Shown here one piece after another: positions 12,891-25,105 of a stretch of DNA of 64,000 nt. Origin of the DNA: Phoronis australis (taxonomy: Eukaryota; Animalia; Phoronida); the NCBI GenBank assembly GCA_002633005.1, contig NMRA01000170.1, positions 689,007 through 753,006 of the forward strand, in the 5' to 3' direction. The notes beneath the pieces were generated by a model. That model saw only the letters and a program-made list of their open reading frames with translations. It was not told the DNA's origin and searched no databases. The position numbers and the translations under genes were made by a program. How positions within the stretch are numbered: the first letter of the stretch is position 1; the number at the start of each line of letters is the position of its first letter.

Positions 12891-13767
12891 AGTTCCACTA
12901 ACAGTGGAATAGTTGTGTTACCATTTGAGCTCAGTTTACTATTACAACATCTGCAACACTGCAAACAAACAAGGTGTCAATTGGCAATCCTGCTTTCCAT
13001 CAAAGCCTCAAACCCAATCAAAAATTATTCAAGTGATGTCAGACAATCACTGGGTCAATAAAAGCAGACAGAGTGTTACATAAGAGGCTAATTAGAGCTT
13101 GATCAGTACTAGCTCATGTAAGTATAAACAAGATACACTAAGCATACTCTCAAATCATCTGGCTAATTTAGGAAAAGAGGATTAGTCTTGTTGTACAGGC
13201 ATTAATAGCTGTATTCATAATTGACAAATAACTGCTAACACAATGTTAAAATTCAATACATACCAGATAAAACAAAATGAAAGTGCGCTGAGGATCGACA
13301 CTTGGCAAAATCGAATAAAAATTTAAGGTGAGAAACAAAGAACATCAAAAAATGCGAACGCGACGCCTATTACACCAATGTAGAGTAATAATGATAAACG
13401 ATTATAGGACAAATTGTATTGAAGAATCAGTCAGTAAATGACAGTTATCAAATCAGAAGTCTTTGAATAACTCGAGAACATTAAGCCATAGCGAAAAATC
13501 AAACATCCATCATAGATAGCCCATAAGGAGATCTATTTACAAACCAAATGTGAAGTGATTCGATCAAAAGATCGTGAATCTAGAGCTCCTCAAACATATT
13601 TAAAAAATCGGGCATCACAGCACCATCTTGCATTCAATTTCGTCCCAAAACAAAAGACCTCGGGCTATTGGCTAGACAAATACTGTTCGTAAAAATCAGA
13701 AGAAAAGTGAGATCTAACATAAAAGTGCATACCGGGTAAGTCAATAAAAGGCAGTAAATCTTGAATA

Positions 13768-14341
13768 CAGGCCTTTATGCAGCGTACGTCCTGGGCATCC
13801 AAATGTACGCCCTAACATTAATCTGGACGCCCTGGCAAGGACGCCCAATGTATCATTTGGATGCCCATTGTCAATAGGAACATTTCAAGTTTGGACTCAC
13901 ACATTGTAATGAATACTAGGAAGCCTCTGAAGGCTCACAGTGGGGGCTCTTTTTTCAAAGCAGGAAGAAATATACAGAGTATACAGTGTATATACAAAGT
14001 TGCTATGCTCACACTTGGTTGATAGCATTGTCAAAGTCTTGGTCTACACCAATTTTTTTATTAAAAATGCTCACTATATGCATTGTTGCTATTTTGACAC
14101 TTGATTGACAGCATTGTTAAAGTCTTGGTCTAGCCATTTTTTTAGTAAAAATGCTCACCATAGAAGGCTGTTTTATAAACTTAGATGTAAAAACCTTGAT
14201 CTATGCATTTTTTGTAAAAAAATCTGCGTGTTTGGGGGTATTGCTGGGGGTGGGGATTTACGCGTCGGAATCATGGACGCCCTGGAATATTGGGAACCCC
14301 ATTTTGGACACCCTATTTTCAAAATCCTGGATAAAGGCCTG
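13768..14341. mobile_element. hAT-like MITE
   Basis: TIR caggcctttat(g/c)cag; 8-bp TSD cttgaata / ctcgaata (1 mismatch). Confidence 0.85.
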
Positions 14342-17101
14342 CTCGAATATCACGAAAACAATAAGTTGCAGCTAGAAATGTACTTCACTGTGCTCATAGT
14401 GAAAAGAACTATCCACATACCAGATTTCAGACTGATCCATCAAAGAATACCAAAGATTGGCACAAAAACTTATTAACTGAAGAGCAGTCATCTGACAGAC
14501 TCCAATAACTCGAGAGGGGTAAGTCCAAGAGAAAAAAGCACACTTCCGATATTCCACGAAATGACCTATCCACAGGAAAAAAATCAGAAAAATCCCACCA
14601 GCAAGAGCTCTGCAACAAAAAAGGGAAAAATATAGCTGCCACAGCACCATCTTGTATCCGATTTCAACAAACAACGATAAGCTTAAGCTATTCATGGTGT
14701 TTGCGTAAAATCTACCCTAACTTGATAAGAAATGCAACCCGTAGTATTCAAAAAAAGATTCTAACAAATAACAACTTTTATGACAAAGGGACTTGCGAAA
14801 ACGTCATTTCACTAAGTACTAACCTACAAACGCTGATAAAAGAGGGCCACCTGCGGCAGTCAAGAAATCAGTGCATTACAGAAAGTTTCATGAGCCACTG
14901 GTAAGCGCATACTCCAACAAAGATTATGATTAGACGACACTTTTTTCAGTTCAGCAAAATGAGGTTCACTGGACAAGACAATCAAAATTGTATGAGCTGC
15001 ATTGAACTTTGTGACGGCATACAGATAACAGAAGATTTCATGAAACAGGAAATAAGTCAAAGATTGCAACTATTTTTCCTGCCACTCACGGCTGGCTTAA
15101 TAAATTCATCTACAGAATGCTGGCAACATTTTTGTTCCAATAATTACTTGTGTTTATTCATGGAAGAGTTCACATACAGGATTTCATTAAACTTTATATC
15201 ACTTGTGTTTACCTATAAGCAACTCAAATATACAAAATTGACTTCTGTGCACCACTGCCACAACTATTGCAGCGTCACCAGCACAGAGTGCATGATGGTT
15301 AAAACAAGATTGACCCAACACTGATCCAATACCAGTGTTTTCAACGTGTATTAAAATTTGACTCTTATCGGAGGTGATTGTGGAGCCAGCTCAGGAGTTG
15401 GGGGCTTCATAACATTCAAGGTGATATCTAAAGCACTATTCCTCATTGTTCAACTTTGAAATAACAATGAAGGCGTTGAAGACCACGGACTAAAGGAGAC
15501 AGCCTGGATTCATTGGATCAGGAAGAGTGTGATGAATCTGCAGCAGCTGTACAGTACTAATAGTGAGTGGAAGGGCAATTGCTCTTTAGCCATCTGATGC
15601 CTGAGTTTTGATTTATGAGATCCAAGCTTCCAGACTTGAGTGGGACAAGGTGATTTTCATAAGACTATGTACGTAGTTCCTCTGTGTCAAGCATAGTAAT
15701 GTTTGCAGGCATCAGAATAACAATGACCTTTACTGAATATATGACTGTTTACTGTAAAATTAATCTAGCCTGTCTACAAGGTAAAATTATTTATTAGCCC
15801 AAGCAGTAGTCTTACCTTCCTGGCTAGGGTCCTCTTTCCCAGAACATGTATAGAAAATAGAACCTTGATGTTTTTCTGCCACTTAAGATAATTTACAGTT
15901 TTGATGGAGCAAACTGACTCAACTGACCCGCTGCATCTTATTTACAGTTTCCACATGACTTGACCCACTATCATACTAGGGAGAACATATGAGGACTTGC
16001 AACAAACAGTTTATTTTACTTTCAACTAAAGTTGAAAAATCTCTTCAGCATAACTCAAATGCATTCAATAAGGACAGAGTTTAATCTAATTTCTACGCCT
16101 GTGTCAATAAAGAAGAGAAAATCCTTTTTATGGAAATTCCGCCAGTGCGGAACAAGTCTGGAAATTTTTGACAGTCAGGCAGAGCACCAAGCCCTTAAAC
16201 ATAAAGTCTCCCTTGTTCAAAGGTAAAAAAGTGTTCACTGATTTAATTGTGGGACCTCGGAGAATCAAATTTTTCAGGACTCATTTTCACTAGTCCAGCC
16301 GGACAACTAATATCCTGGTCGAGACTAACTTAAATAGTGAATAGAATTTAGGCAAGTGATGACGATTTTCTACATTTTTAGATTCTATACCCACTTGCCC
16401 GGCCGGGCAACTGATTCCCAGGCCCCACATGCCTGGCGTTGAAATCTACTTGCACCAGTTAATCGAGCAACCATTTATGTCGAGTCATCTCCGAGTCAAA
16501 GTTAGTCACCTTAAATAAAAAAAGCAATGCAGGTGGCCTGATGTCATTTGCGGTGCATCAGACGTGTGCAGGCCTCATGGTTGGGCCCATTGCACAAAAC
16601 ACCCGAGCTAAAGCACGAGAGCCCCATTATGGTTCTTCGTGAAACAAGTTTTCAAGTCTGCCAGTCTCCTTTAAGAAAACGGACAAACATTTCCATTTGT
16701 TGTCATGCACTATATGTTGTAGGCATGTAACAGTGCTATCCAGAAGGTTGCTCTTTAGCCTATAAAAAGCTGGGCAAGACTCTACCAGTCACCTTAACTA
16801 GGATGGCGTTTTAATTTCAATGGGTCTTAACTTCACAATTAATTATATTTAATAACCCAAATAGACAAGTTGCCTGGATATTTTTACACCACTCGTGCCT
16901 TGGGCATGACGTCATGCCGATTTGAGCAACTGAGCAAAGGAGTATTTGTTCCAGCTGGGAAGAGATAAAGACATCAATCGCCAAGTGGTTCCGAACTAAA
17001 ACGCCTCCGAAGCAGGCCACTAACTGTACCATGACATCTCTTTAAATTAAGTGCTAAAGCCAGTTTGGGCTAGCACCATAAAACCACAATCTCACCAGTT
17101 C

Positions 17102-18066
17102 CATAGGCGGATTTAGGGGGGGCCCAGGGGGCCCGGGCCCCCCCCCTTGGCTGCCGCAAAAAAATAAAACAGCAAGAGTGTAGGGAAATGTTGAGTTTAT
17201 TAATTAACCCCGGTAATTAAAATTATACGGGTGAAAAAAGATTTCAATGCGTGCAGTTTTAGTGTTGGGGGGGGGGTGCATTCGTAACGGAACTATGGCT
17301 AAGTATAGGCTCTCCCGCGATATCCCAAGCGACCGGCAGTGGCGCTGCGCACTACGACTCCTTTTCCGTCGTCTGCTCCACTGTGCAATGAAGAAAATTT
17401 ACTTCATTTTTTAAAGAAAATGGAACCTGAGTGACGATGAAAAAACAGAAGCTGCTGGTAAGATGTGAATTTTAATCAAAGCCTTAGTGAATCACTCAGA
17501 AACTCGCAATACGCTCTTTGTCCAACCTTATCTTAGGACGATTTCCAAATCAATCCCGTCATTATTGCCAACACGAAAAACGGATTTGGTCTTTTGGGCA
17601 TTTGAAAACTATTTTAAATACGACAAATTTGTTAAGAATTGATGGCACAAAATATAAAACATGTAATAAGCATTACAAAAAGAAGTAGGTTTCGCACGCA
17701 AACGCTGTGGACCATAAACAAGTAGTTCTCTTAGTGTACGATTAGTAGTTAAATTGTGGTGGTGTAGTGGTAATGCACGCGCGCTTCAACCGCTAGGTTG
17801 TGAGTTCGAATCTTTGGAACTTGCCTGGTTGACATGTTCTCCTTTTTTTGCCTCCTTTTCTTGGATAATACTTTAGGAATCAAGGAAAATGCTTGATTTT
17901 TAGAGGTAAAAACAAAAAAAATCCTGTGTGGGAGGGGTGTTCGCCCACCTCCCGACCTCCCCCCATTCGGTGCTATGCGCATCTACAATTGTGGTTCACT
18001 TTGCGCAAATGCTTACAGCCGGACAAAATGTTGGCCCCCCCTTGTGATATCCTAGATCCGCCACTG
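17102..18066. mobile_element. Non-autonomous DNA transposon with 5-bp TSD (hAT5-like)
   Basis: Left end cataggcggatttagg, right end reverse complement cagtggcggatctagg; agttc directly flanks both ends. Confidence 0.8.
17755..17815 (+). pseudogene. tRNA-derived fragment / SINE head inside the transposon
   Basis: A-box-like TGGTGTAGTGG (17760) and B-box GAGTTCGAATC (17802); no clean cloverleaf or acceptor stem. Confidence 0.5.
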
Positions 18067-18129
18067 AGTTCATTGGGAGCGATTTATAAACTTCAAGTTG
18101 TTCCGAAAAAGCAAGCCTTAAATAAGGCA

Positions 18130-19868
18130 ATTTCATCGCCTGCGCTGTGGATGCCACAGTGTCATACACGTGATAGTATACACCCATAAATTTACTCATT
18201 TCAAAATACACCGAATAACATCAAAAGAAAAACCTGCTTATGTAGTGGACAGTTAAAATTAACACATACCATGACTCTGGAGACAATTTTGTGAATATGG
18301 TTTTAACATATCCATGAAAATCTGTCGATGTTCACTCGAGCTTCCATCGACGGGTGCCATTTTGGGGAAGTTAAAGAAAATCACGCCAGTTCATGAACAA
18401 AAAGTCCAGGGGATATAAATCTTACTAATTCCATCAGATATCTTCACTTGCTACTTTTTGATAGTGTAAGCCGCCAACTCATGCGCTCCCCTCAGCCTTG
18501 CATGATGTCAATTGAAATACTGGTTAATGCTCACAGTGAAAAAGTTAACAGTGACCAAAAAGTGTAATTGGAATTCACAAATTCTTCACCAAAGACACCT
18601 TAATTCCAGAAGACATGCTTCATCGAGAATATGCATAAAACCAGAAAGGATTGCTGAAGAAAGTAAGCACCTTCTTAAGTGACAAATTTAAGTAGAAACT
18701 GTATTTTTTATGAGATGAAAACTTCTTATTCGGTGAGTGGGTTTGGCTTATCCCTAGGCAGCACGTTACAAAAGTCCCTAGGCTGGCTATACAGTGTCTG
18801 CAATACTCCCCATCACTTTCTGTACTAATTTCATCCCATGTATTTTAAATGGGCGGTACGCCAAATCTGCTTCCCAAATAAGAGGTTTTCACCCCGTCAA
18901 AAATACATATTACACTTCAAATTGTGACTTAAAAATTGGCTTATTCTTCAGCAATCCTTTCTGATTCTACACATAACTTCGATGAAGCATATGTCTAAGG
19001 ACATTGAGGAAGAATTATAACCCCACTTTTTTGGTCACCACAGACACTTTCACCATCTGCGATAACCTCGGAGAATTTCAATTGACGTCACACGAGTTAC
19101 GCAAGGACAAGTGCAAGACTGAATGAAGCACGTGACCTGGCACGTGACACTTGCAAAATGTAGCATAGGAAGATATCTAGTGGAATTTGCAAGATTTGAG
19201 TCCCTTGAGGCTTTTTATTCATCAACAGGCATGGTTTCGCGAGACAGTGGAGCTCCTATAGGTGCTTCATATGTCGGAACCTTTTTGGCAAATTATGCCT
19301 CGCACTGACTAAATATGAAAGTCACGTTGTTATAAATACCTTTTGCGCATAGAGGGACTCCTTAGGAGGCCATTGATTTATTTACTTCCTTCCAACTCAA
19401 ACAAATAACCCTGTTATCAAACTTTTTCTTCGAGCAGTCCCTCGTACAGTTCCCAAAATCGGTAACTCACCATTTTTAACAGTGCGCCCGGCAGGTGGTA
19501 TGTATGTCATATCACCTGGCGTGCGCATCTAGTGAAAATGGCGAGTTTTAGTCAGTGCGAGGCATAATTCGCTGAAAAGCTTCAGGAGTATGAAGTGCCT
19601 ATAGGAGCTCCACTGTCAACTGGCGGTGCCGGCGGGTAGAGACAGTGGTCACTGTCTAGATTTCGCATAAGTTCCTCAACATGGCACTCAGTGAGTGAAC
19701 AGATTTTTATGGATGCTCAAATTATGTAGACTAATTGTCTCCAGAGCCAAGGTATATATGAGTGCTCCATTGGATGTTATTTGCTGTATTTTGAGATGAG
19801 TAACTTTTTATGGAGGTGCACTATCGACTCTGTACGCCTGCGTCATAGAATTATCAGAGCGATGACGA
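18130..19868. repeat. Long imperfect palindrome (foldback element), centre about 18800
   Basis: Mirror blocks, e.g. cagaaaggattgctgaagaa / ttcttcagcaatcctttctg, gtgaccaaaaagtg / cactttttggtcac, ctctggagacaatt / aattgtctccagag. Confidence 0.85.
19241..19658. mobile_element. Small internally palindromic TIR element nested in the right arm of the foldback
   Basis: Ends gagacagtg / cactgtcta; 8-bp TSD ggtttcgc / gatttcgc; internal inverted repeat of about 70 bp (19243-19312 vs 19546-19617). Confidence 0.7.
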
Positions 19869-20038
19869 TGTAATTGTAGCAATGTAGGCCTAATTGCCTG
19901 GCCTACCGCCCGTTTGAAATGACACAGAATGAAATTAATACAGAGACAACGAGAAGTGTTGTAGCCCCTAGACATCCGACCGAAGGGCTACGTGTAGCCT
20001 AACCTCAAGTCAGCTAGCTAAAACTGGTGAACCGATTT

Positions 20039-20388
20039 ACTTACTTTACATCCAACTGGAAATTTTACAACCAGAGCAGTCGCTTGACCTTGTTTTGGAC
20101 GAACCGGAAGTAGTGACCAAAACAGGTTGTCGAAGAATTCTATTTTCGTCGCCCTTAACGTATACTCGGAAACTTGGCTCTCATATTATGTTATTTAAAA
20201 TCAAACCAAGTGAAAGTGCTTGCATATACACAAAAAAAATTGATTAAGTTATTTGCTTACTATACAACTGACACTTTCAGAATATGAAACTACGGTTACG
20301 TTCCATAAACGCAAGAACGTCACGAGTTAATGTGATCACTTGTTTCTTTTGTAAGACATGACGATATCTCGCGAAGTGTTACGTGAGT
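20039..20388. promoter_or_regulatory. Candidate bidirectional promoter with divergent non-coding first exons of iRhom (-) and TMEM94 (+)
   Basis: Minus-strand donor GTAAGT at 20044-20039, ETS site CCGGAAGT 20104-20111, TCTCGCGA 20367-20374, plus-strand donor GTGAGT 20383-20388. Locally CpG-rich. Both first coding exons begin with splice acceptors, so upstream exons are required. Confidence 0.5.
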
Positions 20389-21759
20389 TTGATTTTTGTG
20401 AGGTCTTTGCGTACACGGAACGCACGCATATTACGAGAAGAGGTTTCAGTCATTCTGCGTTGAAGACTCCAGCATGTACTAAAAAGCAACAGTTGAGTAT
20501 TGTCGCATGATGCTTATTGTTTGTAGCACGGATTTCGATGAAAATAAGTAAGCCATTTTCCTGACCGATCCGTTGGCGATGCGGAAAAATCCACATGCCG
20601 ACGGGGTGGCCCATCGAAGTCGAACTGGCTGTAGAGTGTAGAGTGTAGTTTTAGTAAAATTTAGTAGGCACCTCCACGAAAAGTTACTCATCTCAAAATG
20701 CAACGAATAACATCGAATGAGACATGTGCATATACACCACTGTTGGTGATCACAAGAAACAATCTTTGATAAGTTGGAGCATGTTCATGCGACTGCACTT
20801 CTGCGACTACGGTTTGTAGATCTTCACCTTAGCTTAGCAATTGCAGCTAATGTTTCACTAGTATTTTTGTGTATCCCGGTATTATGTATGGGTTGTAGCG
20901 TAGTTACATTATCTTTTTGTTGTGTATATACTCAAATTTTCTTTTTGTGGCTCCTGTAGTGATGGGTAATGTACANAATTGTTATTTTATGAAAATTCGA
21001 AATCGCAAAATTGTACGTAGTGACTTCTCTTTGTCGGCTGTGTTGACTTTAAGGTCAACATCTTCGCACAGGAACGTCTAATCGAAATGGTTTTTTTGGC
21101 AAATTATTCATCATAAAAAGTTCTTTAAAATGATGTATTACATGTCTATTTACGTTTCTTAGTTTTGAAATAATAATATTTTGAACTCGCAGATTCGATT
21201 TGACAGAATTTTTACCAAAAATTTTGACACGAAAATGACATTTTCTCCGGAACCATAAGTCCAATTTAAAAAATTTTACTATCGTTATTTTAGTCTCGAA
21301 AAGAGCTTTCTAATGATGTATATTACATGCACATTTTCTAAAATTTTTGAAAAATGCTGTCCTCCCTAGTCACTGTCTAGGTTTCGCATAAGTTCCTTAA
21401 CATGGCACTATGTGAGTGAACAGATTTTTATGGATGCTCAAATTATGTAGACTAATTGTCTCCAGAGCCAAGGTATGAGTGTTCCATTGGATGTTATTTG
21501 CTGTATTTTGAGATGAGTAACTTTTTATGGAGGTGCACTATCGACTCTGTACGCCTGCGTCACAGAATTATCAGGGCGATGACGGTGTAGCTTCGATTGT
21601 ATTTGTAGGCCTAATTGCCTGGCCTACCGCCCGTTTGAAATGACACAGAATGAAATTAATACAGAGACAACGAGAACTGTTGTAGCCCCTAGACATCCGG
21701 CCGAGGGGCTACGTGTAGCCTAACCTAAAGTCAGCTAGCTAAAACAGGTGAACCGATTT

Positions 21760-22112
21760 ACTTACTTTACATCCAACTGGAAATTTTACAACCAAAGCAG
21801 TCGCTTGACCTTGTTTTGGACGAAGCGGAAGTAGTGCCCAAAACAGGTTGTCGAAGAATTCTATTTTCGTCGCCCTAAACGAATACTCGGAAACTTGGCT
21901 CTCCTATTATGTTATTTAAAATCAAACCAAGTGAAAGTGCTTGCACATACACAAAAATTTGATTAAGTTATTCGCTTACTATACAACTGACACTTTCAGA
22001 ATATGAAACTACGGTTACGTTCCGTAAACGCAAGAACGTCACGAGTAAAGATAATGTGATCACTTGTTTCTTTTGTAAAACATAACGATATCTCGCGAAG
22101 TGTTACGTGAGT
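21760..22112. promoter_or_regulatory. Second copy of the candidate bidirectional promoter
   Basis: Same motifs inside the duplicated segment 21369-22672. Confidence 0.45.
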
Positions 22113-22809
22113 TTGATTTTTGTGAGGTCTTTGTGTACACGGAACGCACGCATACTACGAGAAGAGATTTCTGTCATTCTGCGTTGAAGGCTTCAGCATG
22201 TACTAAAAAGCAGGCTCCAGCAGTTGAGTATTGTCGCATGATGCTTATTGTTTATAGCACGGATCTCGATGAAAATAAGTTAGCCATTTTCCTGACTGAT
22301 CCGTTGGCGATGCGGAAAAATTCACATGCCGACGGGGTGGCCCATCGAAGTCTGGCTGTAGTTTTAGTTGGCACCTCCACAAAAGGTTATACTCATCTCG
22401 TAATGAAACGTATAACATCGAATGTGCATATACACCACTGTTGGTGATCACAAGAAACAATCTTTGATAAATTGGAGCATGTTCATGCGACTGCACTTCT
22501 GCAACTATTGTAGATCTTCACCTTAGCAATTGCAGTTAATGTTTCACCAGTATTTTTGTGTATCCCGGTATAATGTATGGGTTGTGTAGCGTAGTTTCAT
22601 TATCTTTTTGTTGTGTATATATATATACTCAAATTTTCTTTTTGTGGCACCTGCAGTGATGGGTAATGTACATTACTTATCGTAATAAGCATTTATATAT
22701 ATATATTTTTTTTTTTTTCTCAAAATTGTTTCTTCTGCAGTTTTGTTCATAGCATTATGTTGCGTACTTTTAGCTTCTTAGCAGTGTAGACAATTAATTA
22801 GTCAACGTA

Positions 22810-23150
22810 ATCGCAACATGTCCATGAAAATCTGTTGCGGTTCACTTAAGTTTCCCTCACCGATGTACTCAGCTCAAGTAAACTGTTTTAAGGTTGGTTT
22901 ACTGACTACCCTTACCCAGTGCCGTTTTGAGGAAGTCTGGTGAAATCACGCCTGTTGATGAACAAAAAGGCCAAGTGACACAAATACCTTGCAAATGCCA
23001 CTAGATATTTTCCTGCTAGGTCACATGCTTTGCTGTCTCGCGCTTGTCCTTGCCTAACTGCGTGACATCAATTTATACTTTGCAGTTATCTTGCACGGGT
23101 AAAAAGTTGAGAACAACCAAAAAAGTGGAATTCTGCGCCAAAGGATCTTT
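22810..23150 (+). repeat. Further partial copy of the foldback arm
   Basis: catgtccatgaaaatctgtt...aaatcacgcctgttgatgaacaaaaagg matches 18310-18600. Confidence 0.75.
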
Positions 23151-24857
23151 ATTTAAAGGATACCAAATGCACTAATTTTTAGCCTATTTTACAAATATTA
23201 AAAATGACTTTCCCATCCAGTTCTCTGAAACAAAATAATTATTTGTTGCACTATTGACAACCTTCAAACGTTTATATCAAGATGTAATGGAAACTGCTTA
23301 CTAATACAAAGTCTACTAAACGGGCAAACGTGACCTACGCGTTAGGTACGTGAGTCGCAGGACACTGAACTAAGGGATAGCTGACTAACCAAGAACCATA
23401 ATATCTAATATGTGACACAGTGTGAGCTTTTAGTTGAATGCTGCTTTTATCATACAAGTGGGACGCCTTTGATGCAATATGTAGTTATTGAAATTCTGTT
23501 CATCAAATCTTCTGTGCTCTCATTACAAGAGAGTGCAAATGTAAAAAGTCCCCTATGGGGAAGTGTCACCGTAACATTACGCTCGTAGTAAAGAGCATAT
23601 CTATCAATTAATTATTAAGCATTAAATTATACTGATGATTTAATTCTTTAGAAAGTATTTAGTAAAGTAAGTAAGTAAAATGTTTCGATGTTGGTAAAAA
23701 ACAGGAAAACAAACGTTAATGCTAGTAAACTTTATGGATACAACAAACTTAAGAGGAAGATTATTTACAGACAGGTAGAGAAAGATTTATTCAAAAGAAA
23801 AGTGTATAAACAGATGCAAACACAAACAGAGTAAACGTAAAAATTAGTGGTTCACGTGAATCAAAATACATTATATAACAATGCACATAATTTAGACACT
23901 CGCAGTCATTTTCAAGATTATAGTTGTAACAAAGTATTTAAAGGTTTTCAAGACATAGCATCTGAAACTGAATGTTTTTCATTTTTCTGGCCTCTGCCTT
24001 GCTAAACTTGACGTGATGGCTCACGCATCCATTTTCAAAACGATGTGCAACCATTTCATGGTAGCTGAGACCCATGTGTAAAATACGATCCACGGGAACT
24101 GAATTTGAATTCTCGTGGTTGTGAGTACATTTTTGGGATACCTTTAGCTAAAATTTGCCTTAAGCCACCAGAAACTGGGCAACATGTGTTTTAACAAGAG
24201 ATTTTGAAACAGCCCCAAAGACAGTGTACCAGGAATCCATCCTGGAACCTCAGCTTTTCAAAATATACCTACAAAGCATGACCCTAATAAAATGAATTTT
24301 CCTTAAACTGGACCATAATTAAATAAATCTTGACCTTAGTCCCACACAAACAGATAAGTACAAGCTGAGCGTCTTGTCTCAAATGAATTATAGTAGCTAA
24401 GCTGACCAGCCGCTAGCCTAGTTCATGCAATTTGTATCTTCACACCTTCAATTGGTTTGAGATATCAGCCGACAGCTATAGTTCTTTTGAGGCATACAGG
24501 ACAGCTCCCAGCCCTTAAGCCCGTTCTCTCTCTGTGAAACATGGTTACACGAGTCCCAGTGTGGGTTTGGCCCCACTTATGGGTGGCGTGGGAGCTGTTG
24601 CAGTACTGGCAAAATCTGAGGAATGGGAGACAGAGGTGGTTGGTCAACCCCAAAATTTCAAATTTGAAAATGGCCATTAATGCGTTGCCTGTTTTGAGTT
24701 GTTGTGGCTCTATATAAAGCCTGCCAGATATTGTGCCCAAAGCAGTGTTGGTCACTTGCATACCATAATGATTGACTGGCAAGATATTGTGCACAAAACC
24801 ATGTTGTTCACTTTTTACTTCCTGTTACAGTTGGACATGTGACGACACTTGGCTACG

Positions 24858-25105
24858 ATGAGTGACGGGCAACATATTGGATACAGCACCAAGGCAGCCT
24901 TCCGCATATTGCATGATGATTTATCACGTGAAGTTGATCGTTACAAGGCAAGCCTGAATGAGCCAACATGTAGCCAGTTGTTGTACACCTCTATGTTCCA
25001 TCACAATAATCGCCTGTCTGTCCTTCACTGGGTCACCTGTGTCATCATTCTCCTACAGTCAGTGTTCTTGCTAGTTGCTTATGGTCTAGGAGGTGACTCC
25101 TACAG
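24858..25105 (+). CDS. TMEM94: TMEM94 coding exon 1
   Basis: Acceptor ttacag at 24830, ATG 24858, donor GTAACA. Confidence 0.8.

Larger units (their letters stand above)
19648..22672. repeat. Direct duplication of about 1.3 kb (19648-20975 and 21369-22672)
   Basis: Colinear, highly similar copies with scattered substitutions and indels; first copy ends exactly at the N at 20976. Confidence 0.92.

Noticed and set aside
14105-15324. ORFs of 107-132 aa in the iRhom upstream intron
   Set aside because: No recognisable motifs, partly overlap a MITE and dispersed repeats, and no consistent splice sites.
16245-16500. hAT-like subterminal motifs (ggacaac, cttgcccggccgggcaa)
   Set aside because: Only a fragment; no matched TIR pair or TSD could be established.
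17755-17830. Functional tRNA (possible TCA/Sec-like anticodon from cttcaa)
   Set aside because: No acceptor stem or proper anticodon stem can be formed; kept only as a tRNA-derived relic.
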